From positions 7,484,317 to 7,548,316 of the forward strand of contig CM082595.2 of the NCBI GenBank assembly GCA_040954595.2: 64,000 nucleotides of DNA, given 5' to 3'. The position numbers and the translations under genes are program-made. The stretch comes from Balanoglossus misakiensis. Its lineage: Eukaryota > Animalia > Hemichordata. Below, one piece after another: positions 35,744 through 50,761 of the stretch. Under the pieces are notes generated by a model. It made no database searches. It saw only the letters and a list, made by a program, of their open reading frames with translations, and was not told the origin of the DNA. The stretch's first letter is position 1, and every line of letters starts with the position of its first letter.

Positions 35744-38700
35744 ATGGTGACCGAGTGGTTGAAGCAATTTGGCCGCACCAAAAACCTGGATACAGACAAG
35801 CTGAAAACAACCGACTTGTCTCGCTGTCTAGGCGTCTTCGATTTAGCATCACTCGGAATCGGTAGCACATTGGGAGCGGGTATCTACGTGTTGGCAGGGC
35901 AGGTTGCTCGCGATCAAGCCGGTCCAGCCGTTATCATATCATTCCTTATTGCGGCATTCGCTTCGTTCCTATCAGGTAGGTAAATGGAATTAAATGTGGT
36001 CGTCAGAAATAAGGGTCACGTACAACCATCCGTTTTTTTTCTGCAAATATAATGCACTAATGACCGTACACTGCCATGAAGACGGCGAGTATTGAATTCG
36101 CCTATCTCAAGCCCCAAATCGCTTTTACTCCCTGCTCGTGCATTACCGCACAGGTAATATCATGCGCTTATAGGCCTAGACGGACTTGGTACTTTTCGAC
36201 GTATTATCACATTTGATGTGTATCTGGTGTGACACATTTTCTAGGTAGCGCCACTGTGAGCGTATTTTCACAAAAGGGATGATAATGAATTAAACCCTGG
36301 CCTTCTTTTGAATAAGCACGCACGCACGCGGAGGTTTCTCAAATCGCTCATATAACAACCAATGTCTGCCTGCCAGTTCATTAACATGTAAATGGAATAT
36401 GCGATAATGGAAAGGTCACACCCTCAAGGCAGAAGCGTGTATCGAGATGTATATATATATATTGCTAAATATCACATTTACATAATGCATTACTTTTCTC
36501 TTGCCTACGCGTAACCATAGAATAATGTAATTATCCGCGCATAATTTGCACAGACGTTTTGTTAGCACTACCTAGAAATGTTGTTGTTCCTTTCACCAAA
36601 TATAGCCATGAAAACGAAAAGTCAGTTTCTTTGTGGTAAATATTTAATTACATGTAAAGGCTAGATCGGATTACAGAGAAGAAATATTCCTCGAACCATC
36701 AGAAATCTACCGTCTCTTGCAAGTCTGGTATTGTGTCAAATAGCTTAATTTTTACACGCGCAGGAAGTAGATTAAAATAAGATTAGCTCACTGGATTAGG
36801 CGACATATTGCATGATAAATTGCTTTTATAAAGGAGCATGATTTCAGATGGAAAGCATTTTGATAGAATTATCTGATTACTCACACTGTAATGTGGCCAA
36901 TTTATAAACAGTAGCGGACCATGCATTATATATGACCTATCAATGATACACACATCACCGTTTTAATGTATTCGGTAATCCAATCGAAAAGAAAAGAAAA
37001 GAAATGTCTCTGTCTGAGGTTGTATATATAATTTGCTTTCGTCTTGGTAGTGTTTTATTAAGTCGATAACCTAAATTAAGTCCAATAATTATTCTTCGTG
37101 ATTAGTATGCTTTCAAATTAGTTTGGTGTTCTGTTCAACTCAGTGATATTATGAAATGTTGTTCAGTAAATAGTTTCTGGGTTATTTCAACACAATTTGT
37201 GAATCTCACCACTCTATATATTTTGACATACGTCATGTAAATAAATATGTGCACCCACCTCTAGGCATTTGTGTTTCCATTTTGAACACGTATGTCTCAA
37301 GTGTCAAGAGATTTTCACAGAATCCCTACATATGGATAATGGTATTATATGGGATCTAATTTGATTAATTCTATTCTGCCAGGTCAATTTTCCTCCAGGG
37401 TTACATTCTCAAGGTTTGACTGGTTTGCGTATATAAAATCGCATTTGGGCGTATTAAATGAAATAAAACCAAACCTGTCTCTTCAAAAGACGAATATATG
37501 GATGTTACGCTGTTATGCTTACGCTTGTATTTCAACTAACAGATAAATCATCATTTTTAGAGTTCCAGTATTTGCATTTTACCATAATTTTCACGATTTT
37601 GCTAATCAGATAAACTGATCATGAAGTAGCTCATATAAACGTCACGCGGACTGTACATGTAAGTAGAGCGGTACTTAGCCCCTGGCGTTGACAGCAGTCG
37701 CTTTCAAGTCTACTAAAATGGCGGCCATTGACGCCTGTGTATTGATGGCTTCGGATTGCCGATACGTCTTGTTCATGGTTAAGTACTAGTATGGCAGTGC
37801 GCAGAGTCGTAAATGTTCTTTGTAACTAATTAACAAGCTTATTTCATCATCAGTGAATATCATCGTGACGAAATAAATTTTATACGATTTATGGGAATAT
37901 AACGTAGAACAGATAACAATATTTGAGTTCGACAGATGCGGACAACAACCAGTAGACCTGCAGTAATGGGCTATACGAAGGCCGATAATCATAGCATGAA
38001 TTGCAAAGCACACCAAAGTTATATTTATAGAAAGCATTTATACATTTCGCTAAAAATGAAATAGAAAATGTTAACTATGAAATAAATGACTCAGCCCTTT
38101 AATTACATCGCGACCTCAAGGGCTAAGCCCTGTAGTAATTTTACGGGTTGCTGTTCATGTCTGAATCTGTCTGTGAGGACATGACCGTACACACCAAATT
38201 GCTGCGGGGATATAACTGCATATATTTCCCACACCCCAGTTACAGAAGTATACAATGAATGTCAACATCGGGGGATGTGAACATCTCTGTCATAGGTGGC
38301 TATTCACACCCATATCATGGATTATAATATACCTCATGCTAATACTGTGTCGTGATTCGCCAGAATCCGTCACGTGATAGGAAAATAGAATCGACTACGA
38401 ATACCTAGGGGAATACATGTAGCATGTGATTCTGGTAACTCGCAGCCCCTCGGGGGTAATAAACGGCTGCTATGGCCCTCATGGCCAAGCAATAGGTGTT
38501 CAGTATGATCAGCTGTTGTGGAAATGCCCACAACCATGCGCCAGATATGTGTTGAACACCTCTGTAACGCATATATCAAGAATACTTCCCTGTCACAGAT
38601 ACGTGACTAACACAGCTGGTACAGATGCGTGCCTGCTAGTTTTGTTTACCATAGGCTGCCGGCTGCAAAACAGTACAATGCTGAATACCTTCTGTGTATT

Positions 38701-41700
38701 CTTTCAACAAATAAATATCTCACGACCCAAATTGTCTGTCTCAAAGTGATTGTTCATTTTTCAGTCAGCGCAGTGCAGTTGACTGGAATTACTTGTGACT
38801 TTTAATTAAGAAGATTAACAGAGAAATACTACAGTAATTAATTACTCGTAAATCTTTACACACGCTGCACTTTTTTCCAATTATCTTCACACAACCAAAC
38901 GTCAGAAGCGTAATTACATTTCACTGTAAATGATAAATTGTTTCTTCAGTTTTAATCCTTAGGCTTTTATACTGTTTGTGCAGTTTGCAAGTTTATTGTA
39001 CATCATTCTTAGAATTGTATCATTGATACGCTAAAACACGCATGCAACTTATATTTTAATTTGCCATAATCTCTTGGGTAAAGCTCGACTAATTGAAGGA
39101 TCTCGCCACCACCAACGCTTGTCGATATGAGAGTGCAAGTGAAGTCATTGGTTGTGCCTGATATACATGCTTCTTTGTAAATTAATCCATAGAATTCCAA
39201 GTGCACACACGCGTGCGCGCGCGCCAGAAAATCCAATACATTTGCATTCATGAACTAATGTTATAGGTTTCAGTTTTGTTTGTGCACTCACACGCATAGG
39301 GACAGACTTTATAATGGCGTGTATAAATGGGAGTTGTTTTTTCAATCGATTCGGCACCAGGAAACGTTTATACTTCCGTTCTACTGGCCGTTTATCTGCC
39401 TGGATAATCAAAGAGAATATGGATTCCCTCATGTATCACCGAGAGTTCCAAAGAAGCTGAACAGAACATATTGATTGCTTCAGGCTGGTTCACTGTCATT
39501 CAACATATCTGCCGTAATGTTCAGTATAGATTAGGTATATGTGACCAAATAGTCAATTTCATGACAGCCTATTAGATGTGTTTTTTTTTATTACAAATTT
39601 GCGTCTGTGTGTGCCAGTGGGTGTAATTTCCGCTGCACCATTTCTTAAGAGTTACTGCCGTATTACATTTATGTTGTTTGCCTAAGGATATACACTGCTT
39701 GTGAAGAAATTGGATCGTCTGTCATCTCGATAAACATTTGCAAGATTTATCCACACTGCGTTTGCGTTTCTGTACGCGTAGTTTCAAAGTAAAATGATCC
39801 AGTTCAGAAAGAAGCCTTTACAATGACGTCTAAGCAGAGAATATGGGTTATAAGCATTGCAACGGTTAACAGCCTTTGTCCATGCAGTTGTGTACTGATG
39901 TATGTAAATGTGTAAAATAGCAAATGGACTGGTACGTTGTAACGAAATGATCAGAACATTTCTTGAACATAATATAATTACTCGACGACTTAACACTATC
40001 TGTGTGATGTGATCGAAAGGCAGGGTTAAAAGAATAATACCTGCATAACCAATACATTGTGTACTAAATCCAACCACTGTAAAACGCTACTTCATTTCCA
40101 CGCAGTTTGCCTCCCACTATCTATAACCAACTGTTCAGTAATATTACGATTATTTATACACACGATCCTCATACCTGCATATATGTGTTTTGCTTTACAT
40201 TGTAAATAGGGAATGTGTTTGAAAAAGCCAATTTGAAATAACTACTTCTACAGCTGCTGCTGATGTTCTAAATGCCCCATATCGGTTGTACACTCAGATC
40301 AATTCAGCATTGTTTGTCAAAAATGTATCGAAATATATCATTAAATACTAAAGTGTTAAATATGATGTAAGCACATGAGCATTATTGATTGAAAAATATG
40401 GCGTGTTTCTTATTACAGTCCAAAGTATGTCAGAACATTGTTTTCTAAAATAATTCATCATATTTGGTGAATTAATCCCTGTCTTGTAGTGCTAATTACA
40501 GAAGTCTGTTATATATGCAAATGAGAAGTTAATTGACATGAAGCTGCTTATTAACGCATAGAACATTTAAATGTCTTTGACGCTATACCTGTAACAAGTA
40601 TGGTCGTATTCGGTGTTGCAGTTAAATAAAATTAGTGTCACTGCTGAATTTGCTCAGACACAAAATAGATACGCCATTATATGTTATTACTGAGTCCGGT
40701 ACATTTATATTTAAAATATCTGATTCCTAAATCATTAATTATAGATCAGCATGACATTAATTATGCAAGCCAGGTGTTTAAATTTCAAAACTGAACCTGT
40801 ACGAGGGAGCGAATCTTGTTAAAACCGACCACTCCTCGTAAGAATTTTCACCACCAGGCAGGCAGGTGCACAGGGAGAGAGAGAGAGATGGGGGGAAGGG
40901 TGAGAGAGAGAGAGCGGGAGAGAGAGAGGGGGGGAGGGGGGAAGGCAGGAGTGAGGGAGGGAGAGAGAGAGAGAGAGGGACAGACAGAGAGGAAAACAGG
41001 CAGGCAAACAAGCGAACGACCATGCTATTTTTAGACGTTCCAGTCACAATGAGAACACGTCGAAAGGTGGTAACACTGCCAGACAACGTCCTCTCACCGT
41101 TTTCTCCGTTGTCAACTTCTCAGTAATCTCTACCTGAACTCGTTTCCATGGGAACGGGTCGTACGTCGACTTACGCCATTAAGCCGGAGCGGAATTACCT
41201 TCAATGGTTGCCATGGTTACGAAATCCTAATGCGTTCGCAACAAATGGAGATTTTTCGCAAAAGCATTTAAGAATCGTGATATCGACGGAAGGAAATTAT
41301 TAAATAAGGTTACATAATTCTCTAAATATACAGTTGGGAATCTCCATAGGCCTGATTTATCTTCTGTTGTCTTGTCATATTTTTGGATAGGATTATTGCT
41401 AGGCTTCGTGGTCGGTTCATTTTTATTCCTCAATGTGAAACGGGTCAATGCATTTTATTCAGACATGATATCTTATCCCGGATACTTCGTCTTTATTCTT
41501 ATTTTTGTAGATTTCTCACAAAAAAAACACATTCTATGTCTACACAGAGAGTGTTGATGAGACCGAATAAAATTTCATATGTAGATGTCAATTTTATGTT
41601 GTCACAAATGCCAGTCAGAAACGTTTAATTGTGCAATTATCCGATATCAGTCTCGTATCATTGAATTTTCCAAAATACCGAGTGTGAGGGAAGGTCTGCT

Positions 41701-44700
41701 TTGTTCTAGTCTGGGCGGAAGTGCGAGTACTTGTCACCATACATTTATTTTCTTCATAAAATTGAATACATGTTCTATTATAATATTACAACGCGATTAT
41801 TGCTTAAATTGCCATGTATTTTCAATGGAACCCTTATAAAAAGGCGATTTCTATTGAACAAAAATTACAGGTGTCGAATTAGGAACATGTTGTCGACAAA
41901 TAGGACATACAACGCTTTATCAGTCCTTAATGTGCAGGGCTTCTTTCAGAATGACACGGTCTTGTCAGCTGGAGACTCCATAATTCGCTGGATATAAGAG
42001 ACGGGGTTGGCGCATAAGTAAACCCTGCTGAATATAAGTCATTTCATTCTGGGTGAAATACATTGATAAGATGGAAATTTGGATGTGTTACAAAGACACG
42101 TCAATTCAAATAAATTCTTCATCAAACACGCGTTAAAATGCAGTTGATTGTGTATGGAAATAATTGATTGAATATTCGAGAACGTCGTTGACATTATCCG
42201 GCAGTGCAACCGCTCGTTACTATAGAAACAGTGAGTGAAATGAACTGATCAAATGAATCTGGTGATTGAAGCAATCAATTTAAAACAAGGTCACGACGCC
42301 AGGTTCCTGCTTCAGGTGTTGAGAAGCTAAAGACATTTGCACACTTGCTGAATGTAATGTTAGTCGAACGAAGCAGTTTGACAAGAATCGCATATCAAGA
42401 ATATATCTGTCCGATATAAAATGACGCTTTACTAAGGCCAAAAAATAATGTGCTGTTCTGATTACATGGTTTTAAAAAATAGGGTATTTCTCTTGCCGCC
42501 ATAGTGTAGAAAATGACGTTATAGTTCTTGCGTGGTGCAAGCGATTTCGTCATAGTTCTCGCGTGATTCACGCGATTTTCATAAATTTTGTATATTTCAC
42601 ATCGTTATTTTTGCTTCCGGGTTTACGAAGCTCTAAAAAGTTTAGGGTCGGTGGGTTAAAATAAGGGTAGGTCGGGTAATCGGAACAGCACATATTTTTT
42701 TACATTGGCCTAATCTGCATTTGGCTTACAACCTCCGAAAATGTGTGCGTTTCATGCGATTTCATTTTGACCATGAAACAAGATACTGTCCCGAAAGAAA
42801 CTTCTTCAAATGACTGCAGCCTTCCCGAACAGACCCCAATCTCTTTACCTACCGGGTGGGAATCTGTCTGGAAATGTATTTAAATTTTGTCAACGTCAAT
42901 TACTATCCGCAGAACCGAAACAGGTAGACCACAGCACTTGTGATTGGTCAATTAGGCTCTACACTCTTGGAACAGGTGTGCAAAGTAGTCGGTCTGTTGG
43001 TCGTCGTTAGTTCGTCCTTCGTTTGTTCGTATATTTATTTATTTATTTATTTATTTATTTATTTGTTTGTTTGTTTGTTTGTTTGTTTGTCTGTCTGTTT
43101 GTTTGTTTGTTTGTTTGTCTGTGAGTATATCCAGTAAGTTTATATTGATAACTGACTGAGATAAGCTGAATACGTTTTATATACAGCCGACCTTCAGTAA
43201 ACTACAAAGATTTCTTGAATAACTTGTTTTCTTGTATTCGGCTCACGTACAGTAACCAATGACAACAGAATGACTTGACCTTTCGTTTGACCCTTGCAAA
43301 GGAACACCTGTGTCCAATTGCTGAAGCATCCTGTCAATTAGTCCACGCAAACTGAATTCACTCCCAGTGAATATGTTGCTCATAGCGATAGGAATTTCGA
43401 TTGTATATTTTCACGTTTTACATTAAATTAAAATTAGCGTTACGTGTCAAGAGCATCTGTTTGCGAACATTAATTTTCAGGAGTTATAACAGTCATGAAT
43501 TCACGTTCTAACAGTTCTAACGTTTAGAAACTATCAACTATATGTCGTTGTGGTAACGTAGTATTTAAGTCTTTTTTTGCGTAATCATCCGTTCAATCAA
43601 TTTGTACATTCAACAAGAAATGCTTGAATTGTAGTCTGGTAAAAATATTATCAAATAAGAATGCCTTTTTAGACTCCGGGGAAAGGGATGTGTTGACATT
43701 TTGCAGAATAAGCATGGATTCCCATTTCCCCCGAGAATGCCACCACCCGACTGCATATATTCACCAGCAGACAGAAGCCTGCATAATACAGTTTTCCAAT
43801 TAACCTCACCGTCAACAGCGTTTTCCCAAACGACCACTCAATATTTCCAACTATATCGGCGTCAGCACGACTGTCGATTCCCATTGTAAATCCGTCTTAA
43901 TTACTGAACTGTATAACACCTATCTGTTCGCACGGGAAACAAAATGTGTTTGAACATAGACCCTAGAGAAACGGGTTTTGAACGACCCTTCGGTTTTCTC
44001 AAACAGCAGCGCCCTCAAGCTCTCCGTAACAGATTTGTGGCCCACAAGTATGCAGACAAACAGACACATCCCTCAAGAACATACACGCCTTTTACTATGT
44101 TTTATTTATGCCAACTCATGATTGCAAGACGTGCCGCACTGAATTGGCCTTATTAATCTGTACACCTTTGTAGAGGTGTCTTTCGATTGCATTCTGGGTC
44201 GTGTAGCTGCTATTTCTATATACGTGGACTGAACGACACACAGATGTACCTGTCATACTGCTGTCATTAATGATAACAGTTTTATTTCCGTGCTTTTTTT
44301 CCAAATTATGGTTGGAAGGCGGAATTATAAACTGATGTGAATATTGTGAAATTCTCAAACCTCGAACATAGCTTTCATAAATAGCAAGAACCCGGTGGAG
44401 AGGAGCGCCAACGACAATGAAATGCGCACAATGAAATGTGTATATGGAATGAAGATTAAAGGTCACCTCCAATTTACATACGCCCATATATGTCAGAAAT
44501 GGCGTATTTGAATGTTCTAAAGAACATATGGTGGCGCTCTTTTTTTCGCGTGTGCCACACACTGAAAATCTGTGATTGGCTAGATCTCTATTTACCATGG
44601 TAACTGAAGCTATATTTGCATAGGTGACCGTATACCTTTAAGGTCAAAGGAAGAACATGTAGCTTGATGAGCCGTTGAATCAAAACCTAAAACCACATGA

Positions 44701-47700
44701 ATTGAGTACATGTATCAAACATTCTTAACTCAATTTGCAACAGGTGTAATAGAGATATTTTAACAGTGCCTATGATTTCCGGTCTGCGCTTTTTACTCAC
44801 AGAATCATTTCATGTCCTTTATTTTTCAGGTCTGTGCTATGCTGAATTTGGAGCAAGGATCCCTAAAACTGGTTCGGCATACACATATTGCTACATCACA
44901 GTCGGAGAATTATGGGCGTTCGTGATTGGCTGGAATATGATATTGGAAAACATGATTGGTGCCGCCTCAGTCGGCAAAGCGTGGAGCCAGTACTTCGATT
45001 CCATACTGAACAGCACTATAAGCAACTCCATCAGAAAGACTGTGGGTGATTTCCACGAACCGTGGCTGGGAGATTATCCCGATTTCTTCGCTTTCTCACT
45101 CCTGATTGTGGTCACCGTGGTGCTAGCGCTTGGCGTCAAGATGTCTTCTGTTGTGACCAGTGTGCTGACGGTTATTAATCTGATCGTGATAGCGTTCATA
45201 GTCGGCGCTGGATGTTTCTATGTGGATGGAGACAATTGGAAAACTGGCGGAGGTTTCTTCCCTTATGGAGCATCCGGGGTACGCATTTTAATGACATCAA
45301 ACAATGTTTTTTTCAGATCGTATTTATTATGTGTGCTTCAAGCCTCTCTCAGGTGTTCTACATCAAAATGACATTCGACTGGTCCTATACAAAGTGCTCA
45401 ATACCAAAAGAGAGTGGAATAAAAAATAAGGGTTGCTGGAGATACGTTTTTATCTCTACATATGTCACATACATATATATCTTTAGGCATCAGTATCTTC
45501 AGTGAAGAGTATAGGTCCCACTTACATGAAACCGACCAGTTATACACCGCCTATGTCAAAACATCCCTAGTTCCCTTATACATTCTACTATCTCTCTTTA
45601 TATATATATATATAGCTTAGTTGATACTCAGTTTCACGCATAATGCGATCATCAGGCATTATACAACAGTTGGCTGGTGATCTCGTTTTGCGTCAATCTT
45701 TTCTCCTTATGTAGTTTATCCAGCTTTCTTCAAGAAATATTGAGTACCTAACTGCACACGTAGAAATTTCATTGCAAAACGCCCCCAACGGTTTTATTCC
45801 TATAACTCTGACATACGCCATGCATCTAATATTTTTCAAGAAACCTAATATACCAAATGTTGCATTCAACATGTTACACTGTGTGTCTCAATGTAGTTAT
45901 GTAATCCATATTTCATTTCATTTTTTAGGTTCTGTCAGGAGCTGCGACATGTTTTTATGCTTTCGTCGGTTTTGACGTCATCGCTACATCGGGAGAAGAA
46001 GCTCGCAATCCAGGCCGGACTATACCCATCGCCATTGTTGTTACCCTTGTCGTCTGCTTCCTGGCCTATTTCGGTGTGTCCGCCATATTGACTCTCATGG
46101 TACCGTACTATAAGCTGTCCCACATGGCACCGCTGGCGGAGGTTTTTGCACAACGAGGTTTGCCGGCAGCAAAGTATATCATTGCCGTGGGGGCGCTGTG
46201 TGGTCTGACAGCTTCCATGATGGGGTCCATCTTCCCTCTTCCGCGTATAATTTACGCTATGTCGAGAGATGGCTTGGTGTTTTCCTTTTTAGGCATAGTC
46301 AACAAGACCACGTCAACACCTATCTGGGCCACGCTGTGTTCCGGCATTTTTACCGCTGTCCTGGCGATGTTGCTCGACCTACAGCAACTTGTTGAGATGA
46401 TGTCTATTGGCACTTTGATGGCCTACGCACTAGTAGCCATCTGCGTTCTCATTCTCCGCTACAGACCCGGACATACCGGTTTAGACAAGGAAGAAAACAG
46501 AGAATTTGCTATTGAACAAAAAACAGGAGAGAAAAGGGGTCTTATATCATCCAAAAGCGATCAGTCCATCACGAAGTACATGCACCAAGATGGCGCCAAC
46601 GTTGTCAAGCGACCAGCTTCGGCTGATGCGATCGGTTCGGTCAGCGATCAGGCCGAATCCACGTTCACTGACACATCGGGAGATATCAAAAGTCAATTGG
46701 TCATCAATGAAGCGGCCGACAAACCAAGCGACGCTTCTGGTGACGGCAAAGACAGAGCTCAGCCATCGCTAAAAAGCAGCCGTTTTGTGATGTGGTGTAC
46801 TATTATATCAGTCATCCTGTTAATCGCTCTGTGCGCTCATATCATCTTTGCGACTGACTACATCGTCAAGCACAGCTGGTGGGCGATTCTCCTCACATGC
46901 ATCATTGGAGCCGCGCTCTCTTGCTTCGTTGTTCTCATTGCTAGGCAACCGCAAAACGAGATGATACTTTCCTTCAAAGTGCCATTTGTGCCCTATGTAC
47001 CGGTTCTATCTATTTTTGTCAATGTGTATTTGATGCTCAAGCTCTCCGTAGCAACATGGATAAGATTTGCAGTGTGGATGGTGATAGGTACGTGTCATTT
47101 GCATGTATTGTCTATTAAGGTGGCATTGCATGAAACCGTCGAGACTTTTTCAGAGGCCTATTTCTCTTCAAAGACAACGTTAAAACCCCCATAAACCATA
47201 TATATTCTGGAAGCTGAGTTTTTGAACTTTTGTTTGAGTTGCAAATATTATTGATCCCCGGAAATGGTGGCGATTTTGGGTGAAAAAAAAAAAACATTTT
47301 TTGATATTATGTCATTAAATTTAAATTAGGTAAAAAAGTTGACCATACATCATGCATCTTAATATGTCATTGGAAACTAGAGTACACGTGTAAAAAACAG
47401 TAATTTTGTTTTGCGTTATCTGCTTCCATTGAGGGGTAACAGCGTTAGTTAGATTTTTAGTAAAATTTGATCAAATTCACGGTGAGTTGTATTGAATCAG
47501 AGTTTATTCCCGCCAGGGACACTTTATCGACTAACAAAAATACCGTTTTGTTGGATGGGTCATACACAATCCCCAGTTAAAATTTGAGCAATTTCGGCCA
47601 ACGCAGAGCGAAGCTATTTTTCGTCTGAATTTGTCAAGAGCAGCAAAAATGCAAACTGAGAAAAACGGCCATTTGCATTGTTGACACCTATTTGTTAAGC

Positions 47701-48511
47701 TGTGAACTCATTCAGAAAAGTGCTATTTTGGGGTGATTATGCACCATTTCCGCCAAGACGTATTAGTCAGGATGTGGGTCAGTATTAGGCCTACCGATTT
47801 ATGTAAAAAAGTAAAATTTGGCAAAAATCACAAGTTTTCATGCAATGCCACCTTAATCATTCACTTTAAGCCCCAGTAGTACTAAATTTTTTCTTGGTGT
47901 TAGTGTTGAGGCAAAGAAACTGCATTATTCAATATTGAGTAAGCACTAACTGAATCATATAGGCATACGCATGCCGAGAGTGAGTGGTGAGTGGTAAGTG
48001 AGCGAGTGAGTCAGTCAGTCAGTCAGTCAGTCAGTCAGTCAGTCAGTCAGTCAGTCAGTCAGTCAGTGGGTTGGATGTGGTTTTGGGTGGTGGCTGAGTG
48101 AGTAAGTGGGTGAGTGAGTGAGTGAGATGGAGGGCGAGACTGACGGACTCACAGAAAGACAGGCAGACAGACAAAGTTTATCGATAGCTGGGTCTAACAC
48201 ATACAATTACTCTGTAGAGAGAGAATATTCGGTGTAGCTGACTACGATAAGAGTAAACAGTCTACAAAACATTTCTGTGCGGTACCTTAGCCTATCAAGC
48301 CCTTGTGATTCGCGTCAAATATGCTTTAACTGTTTCTTCTATTTCTTTCCAAGGTCTGGCCATTTATCTCCTGTACGGTCTCAAGCATAGCTCCGAAAAC
48401 GTGACACTAGCGCCCTCTATCAGCACAGATATTCTTCTACATGGAGACTCAGCCAAGCTTCAAGACGCAGCCACGGTCGATGACCACGATACAACGAAAA
48501 CAGATAAATAA
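35744..48511 (+). CDS. Cationic amino acid transporter, SLC7A1-4/SLC7A14 (CAT) family, 665 aa
   Basis: Exons 35744-35975, 44830-45278, 45929-47087, 48354-48511 sum to 1998 nt in frame. Motifs: [84 protein letters not shown]...[15 protein letters not shown]. The exact ortholog cannot be assigned by eye. Confidence 0.93.
38321..38507 (-). mobile_element. Internally deleted inverted copy of the 6161-6570 element in SLC7 intron 1
   Basis: CCTCATGCTAATACTGTGTCGTGATTCGCCAGAATCCGTCACGTGATAGGAAAATAG is the reverse complement of 6500-6560, followed by one palindrome arm. Confidence 0.75.
40872..40992. repeat. GA-rich purine microsatellite
   Basis: Direct reading. Confidence 0.9.
42436..42710. mobile_element. 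PIF/Harbinger-like MITE
   Basis: TAA|GGCCAA...ATGTGCTGTTC.GATTAC and GTAATCGGAACAGCACAT...TTGGCC|TAA: imperfect TIRs with a 3-bp TAA TSD. Confidence 0.65.
43033..43120. repeat. (TTTA)n(TTTG)n microsatellite
   Basis: Direct reading. Confidence 0.9.
47119..47852. mobile_element. Kolobok-like non-autonomous DNA transposon in SLC7 intron 3
   Basis: TTAA|GGTGGCATTGCATGAAA ... TTTCATGCAATGCCACC|TTAA: perfect 17-bp TIR, TTAA TSD, RR..YY termini. Confidence 0.85.
48009..48067. repeat. (AGTC)n microsatellite
   Basis: Direct reading. Confidence 0.95.
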
Positions 48512-49086
48512 GGTTAACATAGACGATACACGAATAACCGCAAAATACTTCAAAGAAACCAAAACTTCATAGTTAGAAAATGAGTGTCAACAATATAGAG
48601 GATTGTAATGTAAAAGTGTTTGACTTAACTTTATTGTACGAATATATGTATTAGTTCATCAGACCAAAAGTTTGACACCTGTGATATTCTGAATGAAATT
48701 CAATGATGCGACTAGCCAACTGAAAGGTGATAGGAATATGTCGACAGTGCTACACATATATGCTTTTGGCTAGTATCTAAATTGGCTGATTTTTAAATTG
48801 TGCCGTGGCGCGTGGGTTTCTTGAATGTTCTTGAGTGTTTCTTGAAATAATTAATGTTACGAATTTGTGTGTTTGCTAGAGAATACTAATGGTGTATAGT
48901 TCGCAAATATATATAGAATCTTAACTATGGCTCGAACAACTAACACATATTAACTTCTGCGATGTAAAGATCATTTGTCTAACAAACTCAAAAATACCAC
49001 CAACATATATTGCATTGTTCTTTAAGAAATCTCTCACTTTCATTCAGGAGTAATTCTTGTCAAAAAGTACTATGCTGTTCATGCGT

Positions 49087-49197
49087 TAGACTGAAGGATT
49101 TAGTCGTGTGGGGGCGCTCCGGTGTGCCTATGGCCCTTTACACTAAGGGTCATAGGCATTGTCGGAGCGCCCGCACACGACTGAATCTTTCAGTCTA
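49087..49197. mobile_element. 111-bp palindromic MITE (TAGACTG...CAGTCTA), AcademH-like
   Basis: Near-perfect foldback. Degenerate 9-bp TSD TTCATGCGT / CTCATGTAT. Related to 6700-6801. Confidence 0.65.
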
Positions 49198-50761
49198 CTC
49201 ATGTATAATCATGTGAATATCAGTGGTAACCTCCGGTTTCTGATGACGATTAAGTCTTATATAAGTGACACTTTCTCCAACCCATGACAAACACGATATT
49301 TCGGGTGAAATCAAGTAATACGCAGGCATAAGAAAGAGACTACGATGAAATACACTCTTGGAACGATATGTTTGTTTCTGGGTTGGTGAGATGGAGGTGA
49401 CATTAAATAAAGATACACGATTACATTTATAATATTGGGTTGAAAATATTCAAAGATTCAACACTTATTGTTAGGAATTCATAAAACCTTCGAGTAGGTA
49501 TTCACACATCGACCGCATTTAATCACAGTGTCTTGATCCCTATATATATATATATAGCAGATTATTACTTAATTAACGATGAAAGTCACTAATCTGAAAT
49601 CAAGAAAATTTATGATCTGAAAAATTCAACAATGCCATCCTCGAATGGAGGCAACTGCACAAGCTTTGGTACAAGCGGAAATGAAAAAGGGCAACATGAC
49701 AAAATGACTTTGTTTCCGTAGGATGTGAAATTGTCCGGCAAAATATGAACACATATAAACATATCATTTATTTTTCTATGCGTACAGTCATTTACAAGAT
49801 GTAATTGTATTTTATTATATTATATCATATATCATAGAACTGTTCTGTGAAGGAGTATGTGAATATATTAATGATCAGTATTAGGTGTACCCTCGTGGGT
49901 TAGGAGAAATAACTAGCAAATAGATACAAGACTTGCATGGTTTAAAAAATTATATGTGGCTTTTATTCTTCGATATCAAATGACGTCAGACGCGCTCAGG
50001 CGGCAGTTACGTTCGCATTCAAATTTCCAGATGACGGGCAATTTCAACAACGTGGTGCAGACAAAGACTGTGCAGACGAAATGCCATGAGGCTGATGAGG
50101 CACCATACCTGATACATGTTATGTGTCTGGCGGTTCTAAAGTAAAACATACTCGGAAAACAACTTTAACTGGATGCCGAAATGTTGCTTGCCCGTCATCT
50201 GGAAATGACAATGCTGTGGGTAACATGGCCAGATCACGCAATTGATAGTAAAGAATTATTTCTTCATCAAAATATGAACAAGGTCGCTTGACTGTTTTGG
50301 AATGTCACCTTTAATCAACACTGCATTAGTATTGTTATATGCCAACGCGTAAAATTGTGTCCGAAAATTCAAACAAACCCACAATTATTATTTGCGATCA
50401 AAAAAATGCTAGTGTGAAATTTTCCCGAAAAAAAGGTTATCATGGAAACGTCGTCAATGGAAAAGTGTCGCCATATTGGTTCTGTTTGAATCATAATCCC
50501 ATCTTAGCAAAATATTCATAACATTCAGCTATATATGCTATTTTTGACGATTGTTTATTTTCTGCCCGAAATGGTTGTCATAGAAACAGGCATCTTCAAA
50601 ACAAACATATTTAGTTGTTTTGACTTCGGGTACACCTTTCACGATCTTTTCAGGGTGGTCTAACCACCTTTTAATGGGATTTTGGAAAAATGTATATTTA
50701 AAGTCCCAAATGGTTGCCATGGAAGCATGTGTTATGATACTGGACATATTTCTTTGTTTAA

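Noticed and set aside
40778-41126. RE-rich and SL-rich ORFs (also 30069-30272, 53822-54025, 62290-62923)
   Set aside because: Translations of microsatellites.
50020-50210. 19-bp inverted repeat pair ATTTCCAGATGACGGGCAA / TTGCCCGTCATCTGGAAAT
   Set aside because: Likely the interior of an old foldback element. The termini are not identifiable and there is no evidence for a structured RNA.
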